DNA of 44,295 bases from a virus. The notes beneath the pieces were generated by a model. It did not search any database. It saw only the letters and a list, made by a program, of their open reading frames with translations, and was not told where the DNA came from. The DNA lies in the IMG/VR virus record IMGVR_UViG_3300034141_000024, positions 1-44,295 of that record; one strand, written 5' to 3'. Below, piece by piece: positions 1-8,226 of the stretch (position 1 is its first letter; each line of letters begins with the position of its first letter). A program made the position numbers and the translations under genes.

Positions 1-127
1 GATGTCGCGTGACTTGAGCGCATAGGGAATCTGCACGCCCGTGCGTACACCCGTCTCGATCCCAAAGATCAACAACGCTTCCTCTTTGTTGGTCACCTGG
101 AAGTCGGCAGCGCGCACATCGGCCAGC
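1..127. repeat. Terminal direct repeat, copy 1 (identical to 44169-44295); overlap from circular assembly or terminal redundancy
   Basis: The 127 nt gatgtcgcgtgacttgagcg...gcgcacatcggccagc reads identically at both ends of the window. Confidence 0.97.
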
Positions 128-843
128 AGGTTCTTGAGCGCAGGCGTGATGAACTCCAAGTAGTCAGGCGGCGTGTAGCGGAAGGTGTAGCCGTGCGGGA
201 TGTAGCGTTTCTCAGGGCGGAAATCGAGCCGCGCCTTGATCGCCGCTTCTGCCATCTGCGCATCGGACTTGGAGCGCAGATCGGTGCGCAGGCGTGCGCT
301 CAGCACTTCGCGCAGGCGCAGTCGATCGCGGCACGTCTCGCGCAGCAACTTGGTGACTTCCAGGTCGTTGCCGCAATACTCGGACAACTGGATGCGCTGG
401 ATCGGCTCGATCAGTTGCGACGGGTCGATCGGCAAATCCTGCATCTTGGGTGCGTGCATGCGGCCGGCGTAAATCTTGAGCCCCATACGCACGCCGGGTG
501 CCACTTCCATGATGTCGACGTGATCGAGCCAATCGGGCTTCGTGATCCCGTACTCGCGTTCAAAATCCCAGGGCTTCAAACCCTTGACGATGATGTGGTC
601 GTTGAGTTCTTTCAGCTCATTGCACGTCGCCCCGCTGAGCGCGTACAGCAGCATCAGCAAGTCGTAGTTGTTGCCGTTGAACGTGTAGATCGTATAGCGC
701 GCCAACAGGTCGACAAGCGCCTGCCGATCCAGCTCGCGCCCCTCGTACATCGGGAAGTCGTAAAACTGACCGTCGATCAGCAGCTTGACGAGGAAGTAGT
801 TGCGGTAGCACTCGATGTCGAGGTCAGCAGCGGGGCGATTCAT
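1..843 (-). CDS. DNA polymerase, N-terminal 3'-5' exonuclease part. The ORF is open at the window edge and continues in frame at 44168->42942.
   Basis: ATG at 843. Hand translation gives MNRPAADLDIECYRNYF...FNGNNYDLLML...YCGNDLEV, which are DEDD Exo I/II/III-like motifs. There is no stop down to nt 1. The frame matches the 42942..44285 ORF through the 127-nt overlap. This ORF is not in the supplied track. Confidence 0.9.
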   Translation of the reverse strand, partial: MNRPAADLDIECYRNYFLVKLLIDGQFYDFPMYEGRELDRQALVDLLARYTIYTFNGNNYDLLMLLYALSGATCNELKELNDHIIVKGLKPWDFEREYGITKPDWLDHVDIMEVAPGVRMGLKIYAGRMHAPKMQDLPIDPSQLIEPIQRIQLSEYCGNDLEVTKLLRETCRDRLRLREVLSARLRTDLRSKSDAQMAEAAIKARLDFRPEKRYIPHGYTFRYTPPDYLEFITPALKNLLADVRAADFQVTNKEEALLIFGIETGVRTGVQIPYALKSRDI

Positions 844-846
844 GCG

Positions 847-1029
847 TTAGATGCTCACGACAAAACGTGGAGGGGAATCTTTCCAGACAACGCGCCGGCA
901 AGCACCAACAGGCTTGCGTCGCATCGTGATGTATTCGTTTTCGTGCGGGACGTCTTTGCGTCGCACGACTGCATGCAGCGTTGCGTAACGGCCGACGATT
1001 TCCACGGTGACAAGATCGTTCGGTTTCAT
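847..1029 (-). CDS. hypothetical small protein
   Basis: 60-aa ORF with GC-rich third positions. Its stop lies 4 nt before the polymerase ATG, and it is on the same strand as its neighbours. Confidence 0.55.
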   Translation of the reverse strand: MKPNDLVTVEIVGRYATLHAVVRRKDVPHENEYITMRRKPVGACRRVVWKDSPPRFVVSI

Positions 1030-1081
1030 GTTGTGTCCCGATAGAAACGCGGCGCACCCGTAGATGCGCCGCGTGCGTTGC

Positions 1082-2035
1082 TTACTGCTGGATCATGTAA
1101 CCGTGTTCGATCATCGCCGCGTCGGTCCAGCCTTCGCGCTGCATCGCCTCTCGCGTGGCGCCCTGTGCCTTCGGCGTCATCAGGTACACCGGACCGGTGG
1201 GTGCGGGCGGTGCCGGGATGTTGGCCGGGGGCGGCATGCCACCAACACCTGTCATCGGCGGCGCAGGCGGGGCGCTGGCGGGCGCGGGCACGGCAGGTGC
1301 GGCAGACGGCGCCGGAATGCCGGGAACGGCCGGAGGCGGTGCCAGAGGCGGCATACCCGGCATGCCAACCGGGCCGCTCGCCATGCCCGCCTTCGCACCG
1401 GCTGGGATGTACGCCGGCTCCGGGATCGAACCGAACTTTTCCGCAGCGTCGGGGCCGCTGGTGATTTCCTCGCCCGGTGCGAACAGCTCGACGAGGTTGG
1501 GACTGATGAACAGACCCGGCACCGCCTGCGGATCACCCGGCTGCACACCATTGCCCGAAATCATGCCGTTGACGCGCACGTAATAACCGCGCTTGATGAC
1601 CTCGTTGGGATTCTGAATCTGCTGCATCGGATCGTACTTGCCGCGATGGAAGCACTTGGGAAGGAACTGCGTGCCCATCTTGACGATCCAATGGCCCGCG
1701 AAACCCGGCTTGTCAGCAACACTCTTGCCGTTGTTGTCCACGCCATCGCCGTCCTGAATCTTGAACGCGAAACGCGGATGCGTGATGGCCTGGGTGGTTG
1801 GATCGACCAAGTGCGGGAAGAATTGCCGCGCAGCCTGGTAAATCAGACCGTAGAACGCAGGCCAGTCCGGGTTGTTCTTCTCGATCGCGATCGCAAGAAA
1901 GCACTCCATCATCGGGGTGCCATCCTTGTTCGTCTTCGGTTGGTTCGTGCGCAGATCGACTTTCTGTTCCAAGGTGAAACCACCCTGCACGAGTCGTCCG
2001 ACCGGCGAATTGAACTCGATACCTTTACCTGCCAT
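1082..2035 (-). CDS. ssDNA-binding protein, T7 gp2.5-like (DUF2815-type), with a long Pro/Ala-rich linker
   Basis: Strong SD (GGAG) before the ATG at 2035. Segments such as KIQDGDG, GFAGHWIVKMGTQF, RGYYVRVNG and NLVELFAPGEE parallel the T7 gp2.5 OB-fold segments (...VMLVELATFGGGE). The gene sits between a DUF2800-like nuclease and the polymerase. Confidence 0.7.
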   Translation of the reverse strand: MAGKGIEFNSPVGRLVQGGFTLEQKVDLRTNQPKTNKDGTPMMECFLAIAIEKNNPDWPAFYGLIYQAARQFFPHLVDPTTQAITHPRFAFKIQDGDGVDNNGKSVADKPGFAGHWIVKMGTQFLPKCFHRGKYDPMQQIQNPNEVIKRGYYVRVNGMISGNGVQPGDPQAVPGLFISPNLVELFAPGEEITSGPDAAEKFGSIPEPAYIPAGAKAGMASGPVGMPGMPPLAPPPAVPGIPAPSAAPAVPAPASAPPAPPMTGVGGMPPPANIPAPPAPTGPVYLMTPKAQGATREAMQREGWTDAAMIEHGYMIQQ

Positions 2036-2038
2036 TTT

Positions 2039-3160
2039 CTACTCCTTAGCGAAAGCCTTGCGGGCTTGGAATTTGTCGACTTGTTTCAGGTGAACGCCGG
2101 TCGACGGTTTGTGGGTCAGTGCTGCGAGCGCAGCCTGTGCAACGGCGGGCAGTTGCTTGCGCGCCTGTGCGGGGCTGATGGGTTTTGCGGGTGCTGCGAG
2201 ATTGACACCGTAAAGCTTGCCGAGCCCGAGAATCGCGCGGTCCGAGGCTTCGTTGTAACGCTCACGTCCGAACGCCGGTTCAAGCGACCAACCGGGAATG
2301 ACCTTGCCGCCGCGCAGCATGTGTTCCGCCTGTCCCTGCAAGCCGCTGATGCGGGCTTCCATGCGCTTCTGCGCGTCGTACAGCCGCGACAGCTCCGCAG
2401 CGATGGCACGCTCATCCAGCTCCAACGGCATGCCGCCGTAGCTGAGTTCCATCGCCATGTAGGTCGTGGCTTGCAGCGCAGGGCACGCGTGCCGGCCGGG
2501 ACAGTCCGTGCAGTACGGACCCGGCGTGTACTTGCGGATCGGACTCATCGCGTCGATCGCCGCTGCACGCAACCGCTCGATGAAAGGCGCGAGCGATGCG
2601 TACGTCGTCGTCCAGGTGCGCACCGGACCTTCGCGGTGGAAGCTGCGAGGCTGGATGATGCGCAGCTCGATCAAGGTGTCAGGCGGGAGTTTCAGCGTCA
2701 CGCAGAGACTTGCCGCGTAGCAAATCAACTGCCAGTTCTCCCACACTTCGACGAACTTGAAACCGTACTTGAAGTCCCACACGCGCAGGAAGCCCGGTCG
2801 ATAACACCACGCATCGGGCGTGCCCTGCATGCCGGGATAGATCGTGTCGCACTTGACGGGTTGCTCGATGTACCACTCGGCATCCGTGACCTTGTAAAGC
2901 TCATTGACGTAAAGGGTCACGCCATCGTGCATTTCCTCGTCACACACGCGATTGTTCGGCGACAGCATTCCAACGTCGATCACCACGCCGCGCCAAGAGC
3001 GTTCTGCCAGCCAGTGCGCGGCAGTGCCATCCTCGCGAACCTCGTTGTCGGCTTCGTCGGGAATCTCCGGGTACGCCTCGCACATGGCGACGTACCCGGA
3101 GCAGTTCACCCACGCCGCCGCACCCGAGGGGCGCAGGTACGGGATGCGAGCGGCCTGCAT
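2039..3160 (-). CDS. PD-(D/E)XK exonuclease, Cas4-like (DUF2800-type), with a Cys cluster
   Basis: VWDFKYGFKFVEVWENWQL fits a D...(D/E)xK core. An N-terminal Cys (WVNCSG) plus the C-terminal CTDCPGRHAC resembles the Cas4/AddB Fe-S cysteine pattern. Confidence 0.75.
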   Translation of the reverse strand: MQAARIPYLRPSGAAAWVNCSGYVAMCEAYPEIPDEADNEVREDGTAAHWLAERSWRGVVIDVGMLSPNNRVCDEEMHDGVTLYVNELYKVTDAEWYIEQPVKCDTIYPGMQGTPDAWCYRPGFLRVWDFKYGFKFVEVWENWQLICYAASLCVTLKLPPDTLIELRIIQPRSFHREGPVRTWTTTYASLAPFIERLRAAAIDAMSPIRKYTPGPYCTDCPGRHACPALQATTYMAMELSYGGMPLELDERAIAAELSRLYDAQKRMEARISGLQGQAEHMLRGGKVIPGWSLEPAFGRERYNEASDRAILGLGKLYGVNLAAPAKPISPAQARKQLPAVAQAALAALTHKPSTGVHLKQVDKFQARKAFAKE

Positions 3161-3163
3161 GGC

Positions 3164-3856
3164 TTAGATCAGGCCAGCAGCGGTGAACGAAGCGCGGATC
3201 GCCGTTTCGATTTCGTCGATCTTGGCGTCCGTCGCATGCGCGAGGTTCGGCAGCGTGCCGTCCGGGATACCGAACGCGGCGAGCGTCTGCTGAACCCACG
3301 TATCGTCGATCGGGCTGTTCGGGTTCGCTTCGCTGCGGATGTGCGGCGACAGGAAGTTGACGAACTGCGTGTAGCGCGTCACGACCGGCGCGGGCGGCGG
3401 GGGAACGGCGGGAGCGATCGGGGCCGGCGCGGGCGGCGGGGGAACGGCAGTGACGGCGGGCGGCGCGGCGTTCGGTGCGGCCGGGGCGGCTGTGGTCGCG
3501 GTGATCGCCTTCATCACCTTCGCGAACGTGGCATCGTCCACGCCCTTGCGCTTCGTCCAGATGCCCTTGGCGGTCTTGGTCTTCGTGCTGGCGTGGATGC
3601 GCTCGTCCCAGGGCGTGCCGGCGGCGTCGACTTCGGGGCCGGTGCCGGTCAGCGCGGCGACGGCGTTGTCCACGGCATCGGTACGCGTGGTAATGCCTTC
3701 CAGAAAAGCGTCCTGCGGGCTGATCGTGCCGGTGCGGCCGAAGTCGGTCACGCCGAACTGTGCGGCGATCGAGTCGATGACGGCCAGCGCATCGTCCTGT
3801 GTGGCGTTGAGCGGCAGGGCGAACAGGATGCAGCCAGCGAGCATGTTCAGTTGCAT
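3164..3856 (-). CDS. hypothetical protein with an internal proline-rich linker
   Basis: I prefer the ATG at 3856 (MQLNMLAGC...) because it is preceded by GGAG at 7-nt spacing. The track start at 3955 would lie in the promoter region. Contains PWDERIHASTKTKTAKGIWTKRKG and a duplicated AVPPPPAP segment. Confidence 0.6.
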   Translation of the reverse strand: MQLNMLAGCILFALPLNATQDDALAVIDSIAAQFGVTDFGRTGTISPQDAFLEGITTRTDAVDNAVAALTGTGPEVDAAGTPWDERIHASTKTKTAKGIWTKRKGVDDATFAKVMKAITATTAAPAAPNAAPPAVTAVPPPPAPAPIAPAVPPPPAPVVTRYTQFVNFLSPHIRSEANPNSPIDDTWVQQTLAAFGIPDGTLPNLAHATDAKIDEIETAIRASFTAAGLI

Positions 3857-3960
3857 TGGGTGACTCCGTAAGTGGATGGGTGGCGGGCTTGCCACGGGAC
3901 GAACGTTAGCCCATAGTTGACACCATTGCAACCCCCGGAGAGCAAAAAGTGTCAATCGAC
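3857..3960. promoter_or_regulatory. Divergent control region between the leftward replication operon and the rightward early block
   Basis: GTTGACAC at 3916-3923 and its near-inverse GTGTCAAT at 3949-3956 give TTGACA -35-like hexamers on both strands. The leftward copy TTGACACTTTTTG resembles the promoter at 9136 (TTGACACTATTTG). The -10 elements are weak. Confidence 0.35.
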
Positions 3961-4143
3961 TGGAAAAGTGTCAGCGGCCCGATACAGCCGGCGTTCGGCA
4001 AGGATGTGCTGGTGCACAGCAGCATCACGGGCGAGTGGGACAAGGGGCGCCGGATCGGCACGGGCTGGGTGCATCAGGACAGCAGGCCATTCCGTCACCC
4101 GACAGAATGGGCCGAGTTCGTCGCACCGGATGAGAACGCATGA
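3949..4143 (+). CDS. hypothetical protein, weakly DUF551-like
   Basis: GTG start with GGAGA 7 nt upstream. The pattern W-x-x-V...VLV...W-x-x-x-x-P resembles the next ORF. Confidence 0.5.
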   Translation: MSIDWKSVSGPIQPAFGKDVLVHSSITGEWDKGRRIGTGWVHQDSRPFRHPTEWAEFVAPDENA

Positions 4144-4358
4144 GCATCGAGACCAAATTGACGTGGTACAGAGTTGACGAAAAGTTACCGCCTGACGCGG
4201 AAGAAGTCTTGATCGTGCACAAGTACGGCTACGACCATGAGCTTGTCTTTGCGCAACATAACGCGCACTTCAAGAAGTTCTATTGCGCCAACGGGTATGA
4301 CACTGTGTCGTACCACGAAGTTTTTATGTGGGCCGAAGTCAAGGACTATCCGTTGTGA
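4140..4358 (+). CDS. DUF551-like protein
   Basis: ATGA overlap with the upstream ORF. The WYRVDEKLPPDAEEVLIV...VFMWAEVKDYP pattern matches the DUF551 consensus shape (W..V.d.LPe...VLv....W.plP). Confidence 0.6.
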   Translation: MSIETKLTWYRVDEKLPPDAEEVLIVHKYGYDHELVFAQHNAHFKKFYCANGYDTVSYHEVFMWAEVKDYPL

Positions 4359-6043
4359 GTCGTCTGCGTGGCTTTCAGCAGGACGTCAAGCAACAGGTCT
4401 ACACGGCATGGCATGCCGGTGCGCGCGTGGTCATGCCGGTGATCCCCACGGGTGGCGGCAAGACGGTGCTGATGGGCGACATTGCGCGCGACTACACGGG
4501 CTGCGGTCTGTCGATCGCGCATCGTAGCGAGCTGGTGTCGCAGATCAGCATTGCGCTTGCCAACGAGGGTGTGCGCCACGATCTGATTGCGCCGAAGAAC
4601 ACCATCCGCGCGATCGTCAACGAACACATGAAGGAAACGGGTCGCAGCTACTACGACTCGCGCGCGAAGTGGCGTGTTGCATCGGTTGACACCCTTATCC
4701 GTCGTGACCTTGACCCGTCGTGGGTTGCACAAGTCGGCATGGTGCACAACGACGAGGGACATCACGTCCTGGAAGACAACAAGTGGGGCCGCGCAATCTC
4801 GCTGTTCCCCAACGCGAAGGTGTTGCTCCCGACCGCCACGCCGCTGCGCGCTGACGGCAAGGGCCTGGGGTGCGGGCAGGGCGGGTTGGTCGACGCGCTG
4901 GTGGTCGGTCCGAACATGCGCTGGATGATCGACCAAGCGTATCTAACCGACTACGAGATTCGTGCGCCGAAGGTTGAAGACCTCAACCTGGAAGACGTCA
5001 AGATCAATGACAACGGCGAGTTCTCGCAGGAAGCGAAAGCCCGTGTCAAACAATCGCAGCGCATCGTCGGTGACGTGGTTCAGACGTACTTGAAGTACGC
5101 GCGCGGCAAGCGTGGCATCACATTTGCCGTGGACGTCGACCACGCCAACACGATCGCGGCCGAGTACAACAAGTGCGGCGTGCCTGCGGTGGTCGTGCAT
5201 GCGGATACTCCTGACGCCGATCGTTTGAAGTACATGCGCGAGTTCCGCGAGGGCGTGCTGTTGCAGTTGGTCAACGTCGACCTGTTCGGCGAGGGCGTGG
5301 ACGTGCCAGCCTGCCAGTGCGTCAGCATGGCGCGGCCGACTGCGAGCTATGGTTTGTATGTGCAGCAATTCGGGCGCGCGCTGCGTCTGATGATTACCAA
5401 GCTGCAAGCGCAAATGTGGGATAGCTTCGACGTCGCCACGCGCAAGCGCATCCTGGCCGAGAGCGAGAAGCCCGTTGCCATGATTTTCGATCACGTCGGC
5501 AACGTCATTCGTCACGGTGGCCCGCCCGACTGGCGCAAGGAACCGTGGAGCCTGGAGGCGCGTTCGCGCAAGACGCGCGCTACGGACGGCGAGCCAGTGC
5601 GCACCTGCGTCAACCCGGAGTGCAACCAGCCGTATCACCGCATGATGCCGCAGTGCCCCTATTGCGGGATGGAGCCGCCACCCCCGGCCGATCGGAGCAA
5701 GCCGCAGTTTGTCGACGGCGATCTGATCTTGTTGACGCCGGAAGTGCTGGCGGAATTGCTGGAGGCCAAGCGCAAGGTTGACAGCGATTTCGTGCCCATT
5801 CCGCAGGGCTTGGGGCCGGCAGTGCGTGCCGCCAAGATCAACGCCCACCACGATCGCAAGGCGGCACAGCGATTGTTGCGCGAGGCGATGGCGCTGGTGA
5901 TGCCGCCCAATCTGGACGAACGGGTCGCCAACCGCCGCTTCTATCTGGATTTCGGAGTTGACACACTTTCGGCTCAGGCGTTAGGATCGGCGCAAGCGAT
6001 GGAATTGCGTCAACGCATTCTCGACAAGGTGATGAGCAAATGA
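4355..6043 (+). CDS. Superfamily-2 DEAD/DEAH-box helicase with a C-terminal zinc ribbon
   Basis: Probable GTG start at 4355 (GTGA overlap with the upstream stop). Walker A is PTGGGKT, motif II is NDEGHH, motif III is PTATPLR, and the C-terminal helicase lobe reads ...GEGVDVP...QQFGRALR. Zinc ribbon is CVNPEC...CPYCG. Confidence 0.85.
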   Translation: MSRLRGFQQDVKQQVYTAWHAGARVVMPVIPTGGGKTVLMGDIARDYTGCGLSIAHRSELVSQISIALANEGVRHDLIAPKNTIRAIVNEHMKETGRSYYDSRAKWRVASVDTLIRRDLDPSWVAQVGMVHNDEGHHVLEDNKWGRAISLFPNAKVLLPTATPLRADGKGLGCGQGGLVDALVVGPNMRWMIDQAYLTDYEIRAPKVEDLNLEDVKINDNGEFSQEAKARVKQSQRIVGDVVQTYLKYARGKRGITFAVDVDHANTIAAEYNKCGVPAVVVHADTPDADRLKYMREFREGVLLQLVNVDLFGEGVDVPACQCVSMARPTASYGLYVQQFGRALRLMITKLQAQMWDSFDVATRKRILAESEKPVAMIFDHVGNVIRHGGPPDWRKEPWSLEARSRKTRATDGEPVRTCVNPECNQPYHRMMPQCPYCGMEPPPPADRSKPQFVDGDLILLTPEVLAELLEAKRKVDSDFVPIPQGLGPAVRAAKINAHHDRKAAQRLLREAMALVMPPNLDERVANRRFYLDFGVDTLSAQALGSAQAMELRQRILDKVMSK

Positions 6044-6351
6044 GCGACAAATTCGATCGGTTTAAGCGGGCGCTGTTCGACTTGTGCGATCACCACAAAG
6101 TTACGATCAAGGTCGACGCGTATGATTCGCTATGCGTACATGACGCCGATGTGCCGTGGCGTATCAACGTGGTAGACAAGACGGTGCCCGAGGGGCCGGT
6201 GCTGTTCGTCGGCGGTCCGCTGCACGGGTCGTCGCGCGACAATATCCGCACCACGTACGTTGAACACGATCGTTGCCGATATCAGGTTTCAGTTGAGCAT
6301 ATCAATGGCGACGAGTTCCGCATCGCTCGCCCCATACCTGACAGGGAGTAA
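6040..6351 (+). CDS. hypothetical protein
   Basis: ATGA overlap with the helicase stop. GC-rich third codon positions. Confidence 0.6.
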   Translation: MSDKFDRFKRALFDLCDHHKVTIKVDAYDSLCVHDADVPWRINVVDKTVPEGPVLFVGGPLHGSSRDNIRTTYVEHDRCRYQVSVEHINGDEFRIARPIPDRE

Positions 6352-6354
6352 CCT

Positions 6355-6624
6355 ATGAGCAACGCAACTGATGTCCTGATCGTCGATGGCGCCGATGCCG
6401 GCACGATCGTGTGCATGCCGCTGGATGACACCCGCATCGAGCTGGGCGGCGCCCGGTACACGCCGGCCACCTTCACCCACACGGACGGCAAGCAATACTG
6501 GATTGCCTATCCGTTCTCGCTGGAGGCGACCGCGCCGGCTGACGAGATTTCCATCGCCATGATCGACGCGGTGGGACACAAGCCCGCGTGGGATTTGAAT
6601 CGCGGCATCACCCCGGAGAGCTGA
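6355..6624 (+). CDS. hypothetical protein
   Basis: GGGAG lies upstream of the ATG. Tightly packed in the same-strand array. Confidence 0.6.
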   Translation: MSNATDVLIVDGADAGTIVCMPLDDTRIELGGARYTPATFTHTDGKQYWIAYPFSLEATAPADEISIAMIDAVGHKPAWDLNRGITPES

Positions 6625-6626
6625 CC

Positions 6627-6857
6627 ATGCGCACTATCACCATCCAGCTTGTAGTTCTCTTGGTATTGCTTGCCGTTTACGCGGGCTGCGTGTGGGTCTT
6701 GTGGCGAATGTGGGCGTGGCTCGCACCTGTCTACCTGACCTTCCTCCCGGAAGCGTTGCAAACGATCGGTTATTGGCCGTTCTTGGGGCTGTGGGTGTTG
6801 TTGACTGCAATTGCTCGCCAGATTTTCCCTAATAGGGGCGAGCGCCGCGATGCGTGA
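6627..6857 (+). CDS. small membrane protein (two predicted TM helices)
   Basis: ATG at 6627 is preceded by GGAGAG. The sequence MRTITIQLVVLLVLLAVYAGCVWVLW...WPFLGLWVLLTAIA is hydrophobic. Confidence 0.6.
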   Translation: MRTITIQLVVLLVLLAVYAGCVWVLWRMWAWLAPVYLTFLPEALQTIGYWPFLGLWVLLTAIARQIFPNRGERRDA

Positions 6858-7032
6858 CGGCGACGAAATCGTTACCAACGGCGGCGTGCGCTATCGCCTG
6901 CTGTACCCCTGCAAGAAAGATTGCTCCGAGTGGATGTGTCGCCGCTTGGAGGGCAAGGGCGGCACCGCGAAGGTTCCGCTCTCGCGCATGGTCGAACACA
7001 TCCCCAAGCCGCGTAGAAGGCCCGTCCTATGA
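6850..7032 (+). CDS. hypothetical protein
   Basis: The ATG at 6850 overlaps the upstream stop (ATGcgTGA). The track's longer start would overlap the preceding ORF. Confidence 0.5.
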   Translation: MRDGDEIVTNGGVRYRLLYPCKKDCSEWMCRRLEGKGGTAKVPLSRMVEHIPKPRRRPVL

Positions 7033-7265
7033 TTATCCGTGCGATCCGCGAAGCTGCGATTGCCCATGCAGCGAAGTTCGGCAAGCCCGCCAATGCGGTG
7101 TATTTGGGGCAGGCCGAAATCGACAGCCTGGAACACGACTTGGCGTACAGCGAAGCGTTCAAGCGGTACGGTAACTGCAAGCCCGCAGTGAACGGGCTGC
7201 GCATCTTTCGCGTAGCCGAGACGTCCCACCTGACCGTCTGCAACACCCCGGAGGCAGAACGATGA
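7029..7265 (+). CDS. hypothetical protein
   Basis: ATGA coupling to the upstream ORF. Confidence 0.6.
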   Translation: MIIRAIREAAIAHAAKFGKPANAVYLGQAEIDSLEHDLAYSEAFKRYGNCKPAVNGLRIFRVAETSHLTVCNTPEAER

Positions 7266-7459
7266 ACGTGCACATCGTCGTCTATTCGTTCCTGGGTGCT
7301 GCGGTGATGGCGACTGCCGCTGACGACAGCAGCGAGCCCGCCGTGTTCACCGATGCGGAAGCGGCGCATGTGCGCGCTGCGGTGTTGCGGACGCGCGAGG
7401 AACACAACAATCCTGACAAGGCGCGGCAATTCGCCGTGCTGGAAGTGGTGGTGCAGTGA
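7262..7459 (+). CDS. hypothetical protein
   Basis: ATGA coupling to the upstream ORF. Confidence 0.55.
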   Translation: MNVHIVVYSFLGAAVMATAADDSSEPAVFTDAEAAHVRAAVLRTREEHNNPDKARQFAVLEVVVQ

Positions 7460-7686
7460 ACAAGTACGCGCGTTATCGCACAGTTCGATGGGAAGGCGGC
7501 AGGCCGGTCAGCGAAGTTGTTGGAACATCCGAGACGCACATGATGGTGGAATGCGTTGCGCCCGATGGCTCTTGGTTGCGCTTGACGTACGATGAGCGCG
7601 AAAAGTGCTTCAACGTCACGACCGAAAGCGCAATGGTCATTCAACCCAACGTCAGCAACGACATCAGTATCAGGGTGCGTCGGTGA
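7456..7686 (+). CDS. hypothetical protein
   Basis: GTGA coupling (GTG start at 7456). Confidence 0.55.
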   Translation: MNKYARYRTVRWEGGRPVSEVVGTSETHMMVECVAPDGSWLRLTYDEREKCFNVTTESAMVIQPNVSNDISIRVRR

Positions 7687-8192
7687 ACCTTGATGAGTGG
7701 GCCGCGCGCTGGAACATCCCGGCTGCTGCGTTGCTCGATCTGCGCGTGGGGCTGGGGGTTGCGCACGCCAGCGTCGATGCCGTGGTGGAGTCGGTAGGCA
7801 CGCCCGGTAGCGAGACGCGCATGCAATCGCTGGTGCGCCTGGAAGCGCCGACAAAGGGCGTGTGGCTGACGCGCAACAACGTCGGTGCGTATGTCGACGA
7901 GCGCGGCGTATTGGTGCGCTACGGACTGTGGAACGAGTCGAAGGCGCAGAACAAAGTCACCAAGAGCAGCGACCTCATCGGCATCAAGCCCGTGCTGATT
8001 GGCCCGCATCATGTGGGCACGGTGATCGGTCAATTCGTCGCGCGCGAAATGAAAGAGGAAGGCTGGAAGTACAACCCGCGCGATGCGCGTGCGTCGGCGC
8101 AACTCAATTTCATCAATTTCATCGTCGCGAAAGGTGGCGATGCGTGTTTCTCGACGGGTCCGGGGTCATTTGACACCAAACCCAACTTCTGA
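7683..8192 (+). CDS. VRR-NUC / PD-(D/E)XK-type nuclease (possible junction resolvase)
   Basis: The GTG at 7683 overlaps the upstream TGA. ETRMQSLV...RNNVG...SSDLIGI...GQFVAREMKEEG...AQLNFINFIVAKGG fits the E...Q / D-L / E-x-K / Q...G layout of VRR-NUC domains. Confidence 0.6.
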   Translation: MNLDEWAARWNIPAAALLDLRVGLGVAHASVDAVVESVGTPGSETRMQSLVRLEAPTKGVWLTRNNVGAYVDERGVLVRYGLWNESKAQNKVTKSSDLIGIKPVLIGPHHVGTVIGQFVAREMKEEGWKYNPRDARASAQLNFINFIVAKGGDACFSTGPGSFDTKPNF

Positions 8193-8226
8193 CAATCTCG
8201 TCAACAACTTCAACCGGAGGCATCCC

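Noticed and set aside
3830-3856. A possible lipoprotein signal (LAGC) at the N-terminus of the 3164-3856 protein.
   Set aside because: The Cys would be residue 9 from the preferred start, which is too short for a signal peptide n/h region. The longer start has no hydrophobic core.
1064-3871. 935-aa plus-strand ORF spanning the SSB, nuclease and Pro-rich protein genes.
   Set aside because: Its composition is Arg/Gly/His-rich. It lies antisense to three well-supported minus-strand genes that have SDs and recognisable motifs. This is a typical shadow ORF in GC-rich DNA.
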